Shown here: positions 29,809 to 38,273 of the stretch, piece after piece
Layout of the letters: each line of letters opens with the position of its first letter
How positions within the stretch are numbered: position 1 is the stretch's first letter
Virus genome (UHGV): UHGV-0229283
Strand: one strand, 5' to 3'
Source of the DNA: a virus
DNA: 64,000 nt
Program-made: the position numbers and the translations under genes
Notes under the pieces: model-generated
Database searches by the model: none
Told to the model about the DNA's origin: nothing
Seen by the model: the letters and a program-made list of their open reading frames with translations, nothing else

Positions 29809-31026
29809 TTAGATGCAGTGGATGAAGTTACGACCATACGGCAGTCCGATTGGAGCAAAGGGGATATCATCATCGAAGTCCATCGGAGGTTCATCAAAAT
29901 CCATAGCCGGAGCCTCTTGAGCAGGAGGTGTCGTTAAACGCTCCTGAATGGGCTGTGACGGCTTCTGCGACTCTTCCTGTGCCGTTGCACTGGCATAGCT
30001 GTAGAACGTCGCTGCAAGCGCATACGCTTCGCGTGTGGCCTTCTCAAGCTCGTCTGCATCGATGGTCTTTCCTTTGACAGCAATGTTCGTCACCGCATAT
30101 TTTACAGCGTTACCCACGGTCTGACCAACATCTTTACCTTCAGCTTCTGAAAGTTCCTTGATCAGTTTGGTGGTAACATCATGCACTATCTTGCCTGCCG
30201 CTTCCACATCGCCCTTAAAGCCTGACAGCTTCAGGTTTACCAGAGCATTCATGGCATGACCAGCAGATACACCAACAGGATCGTAATTGCTACGTTTGCC
30301 TTTGGCACCAGAACCGCCGTTGTTCTGACCTGCGGGGCCGTAAGCTTTGAATCCATTCAGGATGTTACCGTTAGACATATCCACAAAGGCAGTCATTCGT
30401 CCACCAACAGATACCTGTGCCAATTGTTCATCGGAAAGAACTACACCGCCGGGGCCGTTCTTCTCGTCATTAACAGTCGCCAGATTACCTACGATTTCGG
30501 TAATCTCACCGTAGATCTTAACACCACCGCCTGACTGTGCTGCTGGGGCAGAAGATTGCTGTTGACGAGGGGCAGGTTGTCCCGCTTTGCTTTCATCCAG
30601 AATGTTGAATGTCTTACCGCTTAAAGTACCGTTGATATAGGTTTTATCCCCATTCTTAGATACTTTCAGCGGGAAAGATACAACCATGCCAGCCAGAATA
30701 TCTTTATAACCGGAATCAAACTTGACCTGAACTTTATCAGTGTGGCTGGCGTGAAGCTTCTTCTCACCCATACCGATCCAATCGCCTTGGCTCTGTGGAT
30801 CTACCACGTTATTATCTGCATCAACTTCCTGCATTAAAAAGCTGATAGTGTGGGTGGCTTCAATCACCTTAGCAGGTTGGCCGTTACGTGCAGGGATATG
30901 GGTACGCTTAATGCCATCTTGATCAGCATTCTTCACAGGTTTGATGCTGACAAATTTGATGCTGCCCTTTGCGAAGTGGTTTACTTTGCCAGACATCGGG
31001 TCTTTGTATTCGTTTACTACGCTCAT
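29809..31026 (-). CDS. putative ssDNA-binding protein with an SSB-Ct-like DFDDDIPF motif and a C-terminal extension
   Basis: Start reassigned to MSVVNEYK at 31026 with RBS AAGGAGAGAA. A Gly/Gln-rich linker is followed by MDFDEPPMDFDDDIPF-APIGLPYGRNFIHCI. The same tail motif is present on the primase-helicase. Confidence 0.45.
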   Translation of the reverse strand: MSVVNEYKDPMSGKVNHFAKGSIKFVSIKPVKNADQDGIKRTHIPARNGQPAKVIEATHTISFLMQEVDADNNVVDPQSQGDWIGMGEKKLHASHTDKVQVKFDSGYKDILAGMVVSFPLKVSKNGDKTYINGTLSGKTFNILDESKAGQPAPRQQQSSAPAAQSGGGVKIYGEITEIVGNLATVNDEKNGPGGVVLSDEQLAQVSVGGRMTAFVDMSNGNILNGFKAYGPAGQNNGGSGAKGKRSNYDPVGVSAGHAMNALVNLKLSGFKGDVEAAGKIVHDVTTKLIKELSEAEGKDVGQTVGNAVKYAVTNIAVKGKTIDADELEKATREAYALAATFYSYASATAQEESQKPSQPIQERLTTPPAQEAPAMDFDEPPMDFDDDIPFAPIGLPYGRNFIHCI

Positions 31027-31039
31027 CTTCTCTCCTTTA

Positions 31040-31381
31040 TTACTCAGATTTTTCTTCAACGACTTGTGTAACTGGTACAGCAAGAAGTTGATCAACCAAC
31101 ATATCTTCAACTTGCGCCAAAAGGTTTTGCGCGAAGGTTGAAGCTCCACTCAGTTGCATCACAGCATTACGCTGACCACGAATCCAGGCCAACGCCGTTT
31201 CGATAGTTTCGTGTTTGCCTTCACTGATCAAACGTTCCATTTCTTTTCTGACGGGTTCAGAATTTATATGGTCAGCCATCTGAACGCTGGCACTTGAGAG
31301 GAAAATCACAGTTCCGAACTGATTGGGGTCTAGTCCCAGGAATCGTGCTTCGTTGGTAGGGGTTACTTCTTCAGTCATCAA
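31040..31381 (-). CDS. hypothetical protein
   Basis: 113 aa ORF in the - strand operon. Confidence 0.35.
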   Translation of the reverse strand: MMTEEVTPTNEARFLGLDPNQFGTVIFLSSASVQMADHINSEPVRKEMERLISEGKHETIETALAWIRGQRNAVMQLSGASTFAQNLLAQVEDMLVDQLLAVPVTQVVEEKSE

Positions 31382-31434
31382 TCCTCCATTTATTAGTGAA
31401 GGGGTATCTTACCCCTTTACACTTGTTATGTCAA

Positions 31435-31653
31435 TTACTTTCTTTTCTTTTTTGAATTTGACATCATTTCAGCCACACGGCCTACACTTGCCAGGCCGAG
31501 CCAACCGACGATCGCCATCAGAAAGAAGAAAAGAAGAACGGCGACACCAAAGTAGAGCGGCAGTAAAACAAGCCACCATGACCAAGCGATCACGCCACAA
31601 AGTTTAAGCGTGATGAGTATCAGCGCCAAAAAACCGAAGAAACCAATTTTCAT
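31435..31653 (-). CDS. small 2-TM membrane protein
   Basis: 72 aa, hydrophobic, ends in the basic tail KKKRK. Confidence 0.35.
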   Translation of the reverse strand: MKIGFFGFLALILITLKLCGVIAWSWWLVLLPLYFGVAVLLFFFLMAIVGWLGLASVGRVAEMMSNSKKKRK

Positions 31654-31662
31654 TTTATCTCC

Positions 31663-32061
31663 TTAATCACAAGAACTTGAGCTGGAACCACAGTCCCCGC
31701 TACTATAACTACCGCCATCATCCGAGGATGAAGAATAATGCACCGAACTCATCGCGACATACGCCATAGTGTCATCATCGTTAGATGACGTTGTCCGGGA
31801 AGACTGCACGTTCCGAGAGTGAGATCGAGCCGCTGGCGAAGTATTTTTAACAATCTCCGCAATCCGGCGTTCTTTTTCCTTGTTAATTTCACTGAGCCTT
31901 TTCATCGCTTCCGCATCGAAATGGTTAGGAAATTTAGGTAACACAGCAGTGACCTTAGTGGTTTGACTCACAATGGTATTGTTGTTATTGCCTACGGTTA
32001 CGATAGTGTTCGTTCCGAACAGGCTGCATAACCATTTGAAAAATTTTCGGATTTTATTCAT
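31663..32061 (-). CDS. hypothetical protein with a Ser/Asp-rich low-complexity C-terminus
   Basis: 132 aa with RBS GGAGATAA. Confidence 0.3.
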   Translation of the reverse strand: MNKIRKFFKWLCSLFGTNTIVTVGNNNNTIVSQTTKVTAVLPKFPNHFDAEAMKRLSEINKEKERRIAEIVKNTSPAARSHSRNVQSSRTTSSNDDDTMAYVAMSSVHYSSSSDDGGSYSSGDCGSSSSSCD

Positions 32062-32365
32062 TCCAATCTACCTCTTCAAGAATCTCTCTCCGTGGAGGAA
32101 CAAGAACCCCGTTAGCTGCTAAAAGGTTAGCAAACTTCCGGTAAACATGCCGAGTTTCTTTTCCCGCCAGATGACACAGTTTGATCGCCCGAACATGCTT
32201 GGCCTCTTCAGAGTACATATACTCATAATTGATTACCTTCGCTTGTTGTCGCGTTACACCAAGTAGTTCTGCGAAAACAGAGTGAGGATCAGCTTGTGGC
32301 TTACCATAGGCCTCTGCCCAAGCATCTGGGACAAGACCACTAACACCAAGTTCATCAATTAGCAT
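32054..32365 (-). CDS. hypothetical protein (possible HTH)
   Basis: 103 aa. The segment ELLGVTRQQAKVINYEY looks HTH-like. Confidence 0.3.
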   Translation of the reverse strand: MLIDELGVSGLVPDAWAEAYGKPQADPHSVFAELLGVTRQQAKVINYEYMYSEEAKHVRAIKLCHLAGKETRHVYRKFANLLAANGVLVPPRREILEEVDWNE

Positions 32366-32639
32366 AAAATTCCTCCAAAACTTTCCAGATTGTATTTAAT
32401 TCGCCCCCGGACATCAGGGACCAAATCACCATGTCCTGATAACCTTTACGGCAGATGTCAACCTGCCGGAATGCTTTGTGGAAACTTGGTGGATCGCGGA
32501 AGTCCACTGGTAGGTCATCTACATTTTTCTTGAAATATGAGAGAACTAACTGTTCTTCCAGATTAGGATTGTCCCCTAAGCTTGCCTCATACATCTCAAC
32601 AAACTTGGCACCTGTGCGTTCTTCACGAGTTAAAGCCAT
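32355..32639 (-). CDS. hypothetical protein
   Basis: 94 aa, coupled to its neighbours. Confidence 0.3.
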   Translation of the reverse strand: MALTREERTGAKFVEMYEASLGDNPNLEEQLVLSYFKKNVDDLPVDFRDPPSFHKAFRQVDICRKGYQDMVIWSLMSGGELNTIWKVLEEFYAN

Positions 32640-32998
32640 TCTCCAGCCTCCATTTGTTTCGGTGTCAGAGTCTTTACCTGATTATCATCAACAGGTGCAA
32701 ATCCAACAACAGGTTTATAACAGCGCTCTTTCTTTGCATCAAACACATAGAATGATGCCACAGCCTCTGGCTTTGCGCAAGTAGTATAATGGCGCTTATA
32801 CATTCCATAACCACCTAAGTAAGTCACTGCCCAGAACATTACCCCAAATATTACGGCTGAAAACACATAAGAGGCCACTTTTCCCTTCCAAGTAAGCCCT
32901 CCCGACAATAACCATCCTATGTAGGAAAACATAGCAAGCGGGATCAGGCTAGATACCCAATTGTGATTCATTGTAAACCATTCCCAGAATCCAATCAT
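32630..32998 (-). CDS. membrane protein (3 TM)
   Basis: 122 aa. Hydrophobic segments WVSSLIPLAMFSYIGWLL and VFSAVIFGVMFWAVTYLGGY. Confidence 0.35.
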   Translation of the reverse strand: MIGFWEWFTMNHNWVSSLIPLAMFSYIGWLLSGGLTWKGKVASYVFSAVIFGVMFWAVTYLGGYGMYKRHYTTCAKPEAVASFYVFDAKKERCYKPVVGFAPVDDNQVKTLTPKQMEAGEWL

Positions 32999-33687
32999 AT
33001 ATTACCCCCTCCAAAATTGGTTGTTTCACGTAAATTTGAAATGTCTTCCAGTATACCGTCTACAACTTCCGTAAAGCGTTGAATCACTCGCACATCCTTG
33101 TAGGGTTGTTTCTCATAACCAGTCAGCAAGCGAAATATGTTCCTGCACTTTTCTTTTTGCCATGCCAGATGGGCCAATTGCGGATTCTCATAGTAGCCAA
33201 GACTTTTATATTTATTCTCGACCATTATGTAGGCTCTGTATTTCATTCTTGATGAAACCCAGCTAACTCCCAGTGGTAGCTCTTTAATATTCTCTTTTTG
33301 GTGAGATAGTACAGAATTCAATGTTGATGGAACCAGAATGCAAGTGACAGGCGAGTACAGTTTACCATTCCCCAGTATGTCCTTGTCAAGTTGAAACTTT
33401 ACTTCACGTTCTTTAATGGGTAAGTCCAGCTCTTTCAGCCATATATCGTGTTGTTTTTGACTCTGCACCCAAAGTTTAAAAGCCATGAATGAGTGCCAAC
33501 TAGTATCCACAATACAACCCAAATAGGATGGATCACTTTTACCATAACAACGTTTCAACATACTCTTCCACAGAACAAAGTAAGGGCATTTTTTAGCGTG
33601 TACTGTCCTGCCTGCCACTCTTTTACCCGGTTCGGTAACATAGGGGGCGTCATTAACGCCCACCCCGTACACTAGTTTTCTAGCCAT
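32995..33687 (-). CDS. AP2-domain homing-endonuclease-like DNA-binding protein
   Basis: Start set at MARKLVYGVGVND with RBS GGAGAAAG. The YGVGVNDAPY...YFVLWKSMLKRCY block and the C-terminal LGYYENPQLAHLAW match the motifs of phage HNH-associated AP2 / homing-endonuclease-like proteins. No clear HNH catalytic motif is visible. Confidence 0.35.
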   Translation of the reverse strand: MARKLVYGVGVNDAPYVTEPGKRVAGRTVHAKKCPYFVLWKSMLKRCYGKSDPSYLGCIVDTSWHSFMAFKLWVQSQKQHDIWLKELDLPIKEREVKFQLDKDILGNGKLYSPVTCILVPSTLNSVLSHQKENIKELPLGVSWVSSRMKYRAYIMVENKYKSLGYYENPQLAHLAWQKEKCRNIFRLLTGYEKQPYKDVRVIQRFTEVVDGILEDISNLRETTNFGGGNI

Positions 33688-34384
33688 TCTTTCTCCATTT
33701 ATACCAACCATAAAGAGAGTTAAGCCAGAATGTGACCCACATAGCCAAAATTGCAGAACCAGCTCCTTGATGATGAATCGTAGCTTGTACCCACATAACA
33801 ATTGCAACAGTGTTCACCAGTAGCCAAATCAGCCATTGTTCTGCATAACGAACCATCATCAGGTAGGTTGCCAGAACCGACAGGATTGCTGTAGCAGAAT
33901 CGAGACCCGGCATACTCCCTTTCAGCAGGCTAACGAACTCGGCGTATAATCCGATAGTCACCAATGTCCCGATACCAACAATCCAGCGCTGTTTTGTGGT
34001 CAGATACTTCTTGATGACATCCGCACGTTCACCATCCGCAGAGACGGTTAACTTACGCGCCCAGATTACCCCACCAATGACCTGCATGGGGGTGAACAAC
34101 AGGGTGTACATAATCGTCTCACCGTACAACTTGTACGTGAAGGAGATATATGCATACAGCACCGTTGCCACAAAGCCCCAGTAATAACTGGAGAGCTTAC
34201 CTTTTGCCACCAGGATAGCTCCGATGATCCCGGTAACAGAAGAGATGAACTCTACTAACCCACCGCCCATAGTCAAGGAGACAATGGCGATCGATGCCGA
34301 GCAGATGAGGAGCCAAAGATATTCAAGTTTTGACCAGCCATAAAAGTCGGTCCACGCTGTCTTAATGTACAGATTTGTGTTCAT
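33680..34384 (-). CDS. pnuC: nicotinamide riboside transporter PnuC
   Basis: 234 aa polytopic membrane protein. The C-terminal AEQWLIWLLVNTVAIVMW aligns with E. coli PnuC ENWLLWVIINVISVV. YGWYKW is a W-rich PnuC signature. Confidence 0.65.
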   Translation of the reverse strand: MNTNLYIKTAWTDFYGWSKLEYLWLLICSASIAIVSLTMGGGLVEFISSVTGIIGAILVAKGKLSSYYWGFVATVLYAYISFTYKLYGETIMYTLLFTPMQVIGGVIWARKLTVSADGERADVIKKYLTTKQRWIVGIGTLVTIGLYAEFVSLLKGSMPGLDSATAILSVLATYLMMVRYAEQWLIWLLVNTVAIVMWVQATIHHQGAGSAILAMWVTFWLNSLYGWYKWRKNG

Positions 34385-34386
34385 GG

Positions 34387-34644
34387 TTATTCTCCTGTTA
34401 ATCGTTTAAGAAGCGCTTCGATTTTAGGATTCGCTGCGCCGTTACCGTATAACTTATACTTCAGATCCAACACTGCGTCAAGCAGTTCTGGTGCTGCTGC
34501 GATAAGATTTGCATCTTCAATACTATTAATCTCTGAACACACGTCGCTGTAAGATCGCCACCCGGAACCTACCTCAAGAGAGCCTGAGACAATGACCTTT
34601 ATTTCATCGTCATCATGAAATACTTCCCATGTATCTTTAGCCAT
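34387..34644 (-). CDS. hypothetical protein
   Basis: 85 aa, acidic. Confidence 0.3.
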   Translation of the reverse strand: MAKDTWEVFHDDDEIKVIVSGSLEVGSGWRSYSDVCSEINSIEDANLIAAAPELLDAVLDLKYKLYGNGAANPKIEALLKRLTGE

Positions 34645-34873
34645 TTTTGCGCCCCTTTTTCTTTTTATTTTTCATTTCTGACCGAACTTTAGTTTGCCAA
34701 GCCATTGCTTCGTCAACAGCATTCGGTCCGTCAAAAACTTGGTTCTTCTCATCTGACTTGAACACAAAATTAGTACCTTTGTTATCCATTGCCTGGAAAA
34801 CCCAGCCTGTCAGTGTCTCCTCGATGATCTTACCGCCGATCAGCAGACCATTACTCTTTGCATGAATTGCCAT
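34637..34873 (-). CDS. hypothetical protein
   Basis: Start set at MAIHAKSNG with RBS GGAGGG. 78 aa with a Lys-rich tail. Confidence 0.3.
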   Translation of the reverse strand: MAIHAKSNGLLIGGKIIEETLTGWVFQAMDNKGTNFVFKSDEKNQVFDGPNAVDEAMAWQTKVRSEMKNKKKKGRKNG

Positions 34874-34875
34874 TT

Positions 34876-35025
34876 TTAACCCTCCATTACAACTGGTAAG
34901 ACAGACCTGATCCCATCTCGCCATGCTAACCAACACATCACTTGTAGGTTTTCACGCTCCTCTGCATCTGGAAAAAGATGTGCGGGTGCGTTTTTATCAA
35001 ACCAGCCCATAAATTCTTTAGACAT
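34876..35025 (-). CDS. small hypothetical protein
   Basis: 49 aa from MSKEFMGWF with RBS AGAGGAG. Confidence 0.25.
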   Translation of the reverse strand: MSKEFMGWFDKNAPAHLFPDAEERENLQVMCWLAWRDGIRSVLPVVMEG

Positions 35026-35356
35026 TTTGACTCCTCTGTTTTGCCCATTCGATTGCCGCAAGTATCACATCACAGTGACATGCTACCTCTTTGTTCGGCT
35101 GTTTACAGAAGCATACAAGGTCTTTACCATCCAAGTCAAGCAAATCTTGAATAGTAATTTTCCCCGAACGTATCTGTTGCCATAACCATACACGGTATCG
35201 TTCAATGGTTGCTCCACGGGGTTCATCTTTCGACAACTTATATGGATTGGCAAATTTAGATTGCTTCAAGCCTAGATGGGGCATTGCTCGCCCCATGTAT
35301 TCAGCATTCTCAGGTATCACTTTACCGATGTGGTAAAAGTTGAGAACTTTAGCCAT
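35018..35356 (-). CDS. DUF4326-like phage protein
   Basis: 112 aa. FANPYK, RYRVWLW and the C-terminal LxGKDLVCFCKQP..EVACHCDVIL cysteine pattern match my recollection of DUF4326. Confidence 0.35.
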   Translation of the reverse strand: MAKVLNFYHIGKVIPENAEYMGRAMPHLGLKQSKFANPYKLSKDEPRGATIERYRVWLWQQIRSGKITIQDLLDLDGKDLVCFCKQPNKEVACHCDVILAAIEWAKQRSQNV

Positions 35357-35594
35357 TGACCAGTTCCGGATGTAGGCGACGGTACAACTCCTGAGTCAAC
35401 TCGCGAATCCAGATAACGATAGGGACTTGCAGATAAGTATCCAGCAGGTCAGAAGGGTCATCTGTCCCAGGTTCTACCAGCAACCAGTTTATAGCGTTAA
35501 CAATATGCTCATCAGACATGTGGCTAATTCGCATATCAAAACCCTCCTGGGTTTTCCAGACCAGGGTCGGCTTAGTTTGCTCCATCTTTATCAC
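35349..35594 (-). CDS. hypothetical protein
   Basis: 81 aa ORF. Confidence 0.3.
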   Translation of the reverse strand: MIKMEQTKPTLVWKTQEGFDMRISHMSDEHIVNAINWLLVEPGTDDPSDLLDTYLQVPIVIWIRELTQELYRRLHPELVNG

Positions 35595-35937
35595 CTTTCA
35601 GATATGCGATGATCCAGTCTGCCGCTTCTTCGAACCCCTCATAACCAAAGAATTTCCGGCGATTGAAATAGGTATCGTCCGTAGGGATGTTGGTTTGGAA
35701 ATTGAAGTCCCGTGTTGACCCATAGTACACAGTGATCTGGTCACTGTTACGGCATTCAGAGAATGACACTTGACGACAATTATCTTGCCCACCTGAGTAG
35801 TCCAACTTCATGATGGAGAAGCCCTGCTCACGGCAGTTCGCATAGGCCTGGAGGCCCTGGCCTAACTCTGGAGCTTTTTCAAGGACGAGCTTTAATACAC
35901 CAAACGCTTGGTACATACTTGAGTTTGTAACATCCAT
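35572..35937 (-). CDS. hypothetical protein
   Basis: 121 aa ORF. Confidence 0.3.
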   Translation of the reverse strand: MDVTNSSMYQAFGVLKLVLEKAPELGQGLQAYANCREQGFSIMKLDYSGGQDNCRQVSFSECRNSDQITVYYGSTRDFNFQTNIPTDDTYFNRRKFFGYEGFEEAADWIIAYLKGDKDGAN

Positions 35938-35938
35938 C

Positions 35939-37012
35939 TTATTCTCCTTTTATATTCAGCAATTTACGGACAGCTTCTTCGGCTTTCTGAGTACGTTCTT
36001 TGTAATCACTGCCGGAGATAACCACCACCTTGCTTGTATCGTAAGATGTCCTGATCATTGTGTCAAGCAAAGAATGTGTTTCTTTACGCTTTTCTGGCGT
36101 ATCCTGCAAGCGAAGAGGATCAGCAACCCACGGGACCTCTGGTGTTAGGAACAGGAATAGGTCGTAGAAGTTGTAGCTCTCTTCACGGCTCAGTGTGCGG
36201 AACAGAAGATCGGAGTAGTCGATCTTGTCTGCACAAATACCAGAGAAATGAGTGATCAGGTTTGTGGTGTCAGAGAACATAACCCCACAACCACCCCAAC
36301 CAGCTAACTCCATTTCCTTCAGGCGATGCTCCATTGCGATACGAAGATAGTCTCCACGAGACATTGCTAACTCACTGGAGTGGTATTCACGCTCACAGAT
36401 AAGCCTCCCGATCTCAGGAATCCAACCAGCACCGAAGGTATGCGCCAGATGTTTTGTCAGGGTTGTCTTGCCCGTACTCTCAACACCAATGATGGCAACC
36501 TTCTTCATGAAGCGCTTACGTGCAGGCCACGCTAGGTTGTAGAAGTTGTTGTACGGATCATTACGGATCATCGTGGCTGAGATAGGAACAGCTTTACGTT
36601 CTGCGTCGATAACTACATGCTTCGCTTCAGGGAAGAACTCACTGAAGTAAGACTCATACTCCGGCTCAGAAGAGAAAGCAAAATCGTACTTAACGAACGG
36701 TTGCTTTTCACGGATCAGTTTTGCATAGGCAGCACTGCCTTCAGGGTATCCTGGGATATTCGACTCATCAACGTAGTCAACCTTCACGTTGTCCAAGCCC
36801 TCATCGGCAATAACATCCAGCAGGTCACGATAGCGATCAGCAAGCCCCAGCTTTGGACGGACCCACTCTGGTTGTGCGTCAACAAACTTCTGGTCGTATG
36901 ACAGGAACAGGTACAGAGCACCAACCTGAGAAGCCGCCTGGCGAATGAATTCAATATGTCCGTTGGTCAGCGGTGCAAATTTTCCGAAGATAAGGCCACG
37001 GGTCATAGTCAT
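35939..37012 (-). CDS. nadR: bifunctional NMN adenylyltransferase / ribosylnicotinamide kinase (NadR-type, no HTH domain)
   Basis: The N-terminus GLIFGKFAPLTNGHIEFIRQA is the (H/T)xGH nucleotidyltransferase motif, compare E. coli NadR GVIFGKFYPLHTGHIYLIQRA. The C-terminal domain has the Walker A GVESTGKTTL, compare NadR ribosylnicotinamide kinase GGESSGKST. 357 aa. Confidence 0.75.
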   Translation of the reverse strand: MTMTRGLIFGKFAPLTNGHIEFIRQAASQVGALYLFLSYDQKFVDAQPEWVRPKLGLADRYRDLLDVIADEGLDNVKVDYVDESNIPGYPEGSAAYAKLIREKQPFVKYDFAFSSEPEYESYFSEFFPEAKHVVIDAERKAVPISATMIRNDPYNNFYNLAWPARKRFMKKVAIIGVESTGKTTLTKHLAHTFGAGWIPEIGRLICEREYHSSELAMSRGDYLRIAMEHRLKEMELAGWGGCGVMFSDTTNLITHFSGICADKIDYSDLLFRTLSREESYNFYDLFLFLTPEVPWVADPLRLQDTPEKRKETHSLLDTMIRTSYDTSKVVVISGSDYKERTQKAEEAVRKLLNIKGE

Positions 37013-37257
37013 TTGCTTTTCTCCATTGATTCAAGGGCAATGCTGTATAGAACTTGAGTCTTCTTCATTTTGGCAAGTTCCACTTCAAGCTCTGCGATTT
37101 TAATTTTCAATTCAAGGGTGTCGCGTTTCAGTAGGGACTTTGCCAGTTCACTATCAACGGACTCGTTAATATCATTCGGGTTTGCTTCAGGATAAAACTC
37201 TGTTGCTTGTGCAGAGCAAGAAAGCGCGAGCAGGGTGGCTAGGATAATCTTTTTCAT
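37009..37257 (-). CDS. small secreted lipoprotein with a coiled-coil region (Llp/Cor-like exclusion lipoprotein or o-spanin-like)
   Basis: 82 aa. Signal peptide MKKIILATLLALSC with a lipobox (LALS-C). A charged coiled-coil follows. RBS AGAGGAGA. Confidence 0.45.
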   Translation of the reverse strand: MKKIILATLLALSCSAQATEFYPEANPNDINESVDSELAKSLLKRDTLELKIKIAELEVELAKMKKTQVLYSIALESMEKSK

Positions 37258-37290
37258 TTGAATCTCCTCTTGAGATTATTTAGTCAGAAT

Positions 37291-37497
37291 TTAGTAGCGA
37301 GACCACTTCACGCGACCACCGTCGCAGACCAGTTTGTTCTCAACGACAATGCCATCCGCACTGTTTGCCAAGCGTTGTTCACCGTTAGGCTTACAATTAT
37401 GAGTGACGGTATCTGCTGTGTCAACAACAAAAAGCGCCACTACCACAATTATTCCAACGATTACTAAAGGTTTCACCCAAGGCATAAATCCACGCAT
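37291..37497 (-). CDS. small N-terminally anchored membrane protein
   Basis: 68 aa. TM segment PLVIVGIIVVVALFVV followed by a periplasmic tail with two Cys. It lies just upstream of the lipoprotein gene. Confidence 0.3.
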   Translation of the reverse strand: MRGFMPWVKPLVIVGIIVVVALFVVDTADTVTHNCKPNGEQRLANSADGIVVENKLVCDGGRVKWSRY

Positions 37498-37799
37498 TAT
37501 ACACCACCATTCTGTTCTAGCAAGAAAGCATATAGCTCAGTAATGATACCATCATCCAAGAAAGTCTCATATTCCCCAGTCGCACCACTTTCCTCCCACT
37601 CATCTAAACCAGTACGAGCGCCTCTAAGTGCGGCAGTCCATGCTTGAGGATACTGACCTTCATGACAGTTTTTCTGAATTTCTTTTGCGTATTCAAATAC
37701 TTTAACAGCTGGAAGCTCTTCAGTGAATTCATTAAACAAGGTGAATTCTTCACTTTTGAAAATGGTATCGTCTTTTTGAAAACCAAGGGTACGTTTCAT
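37497..37799 (-). CDS. hypothetical protein
   Basis: 100 aa acidic ORF. Confidence 0.3.
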   Translation of the reverse strand: MKRTLGFQKDDTIFKSEEFTLFNEFTEELPAVKVFEYAKEIQKNCHEGQYPQAWTAALRGARTGLDEWEESGATGEYETFLDDGIITELYAFLLEQNGGV

Positions 37800-37832
37800 T
37801 TTTTCTCCTGTTGGTGGTAGTCACTTAACAAT

Positions 37833-37868
37833 AAAGCCCCTCAACCATGAAGTCAAGGGGCTTTTGAA
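37833..37868. terminator. hairpin terminator
   Basis: AGCCCCT...AGGGGCT hairpin followed by TTTT. Confidence 0.4.
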
Positions 37869-38228
37869 TTATTTTTGCAGATGCTTAATGTAGTCCCGCA
37901 AACCGCAAATCATATTATATTTTACCGTTTCTTCTTCGGTGAGCGGCCTGACTTCTTCATCCACACCAACATTGTTGTGGTGGTCCCACCCGGCGTCTAC
38001 ATGGACAAGTACAAGAAACTGTTCATACCCTCTTTTACGTGTTTCCCACACGGCCCGCTCACCAGTAAAATCTGCTGGCAAGCTATAGATGAAGTTCCTC
38101 AGCAGTTCTTTGGTGAGGACATCTGCGAGGTAGTCTGGTGTTTGTGCCTTGACAATATTCATGATCTCTTCATCAGAGATATCTACTTCCACATTCTGTA
38201 CAATAGTTTGTTTGCCAGTTACTTTCAT
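37869..38228 (-). CDS. hypothetical protein
   Basis: 119 aa ORF. Confidence 0.3.
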   Translation of the reverse strand: MKVTGKQTIVQNVEVDISDEEIMNIVKAQTPDYLADVLTKELLRNFIYSLPADFTGERAVWETRKRGYEQFLVLVHVDAGWDHHNNVGVDEEVRPLTEEETVKYNMICGLRDYIKHLQK

Positions 38229-38273
38229 TTATCCTCCAACACAAAAATGCCCCGAAGGGCCTTGGCGGGCAGA

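Noticed and set aside
31663-31800. Ser/Asp-rich C-terminal tract (SSSDDGGSYSSGDCGSSSSSCD) as a functional repeat
   Set aside because: It is a low-complexity region only 22 aa long, with no periodicity at the DNA level.
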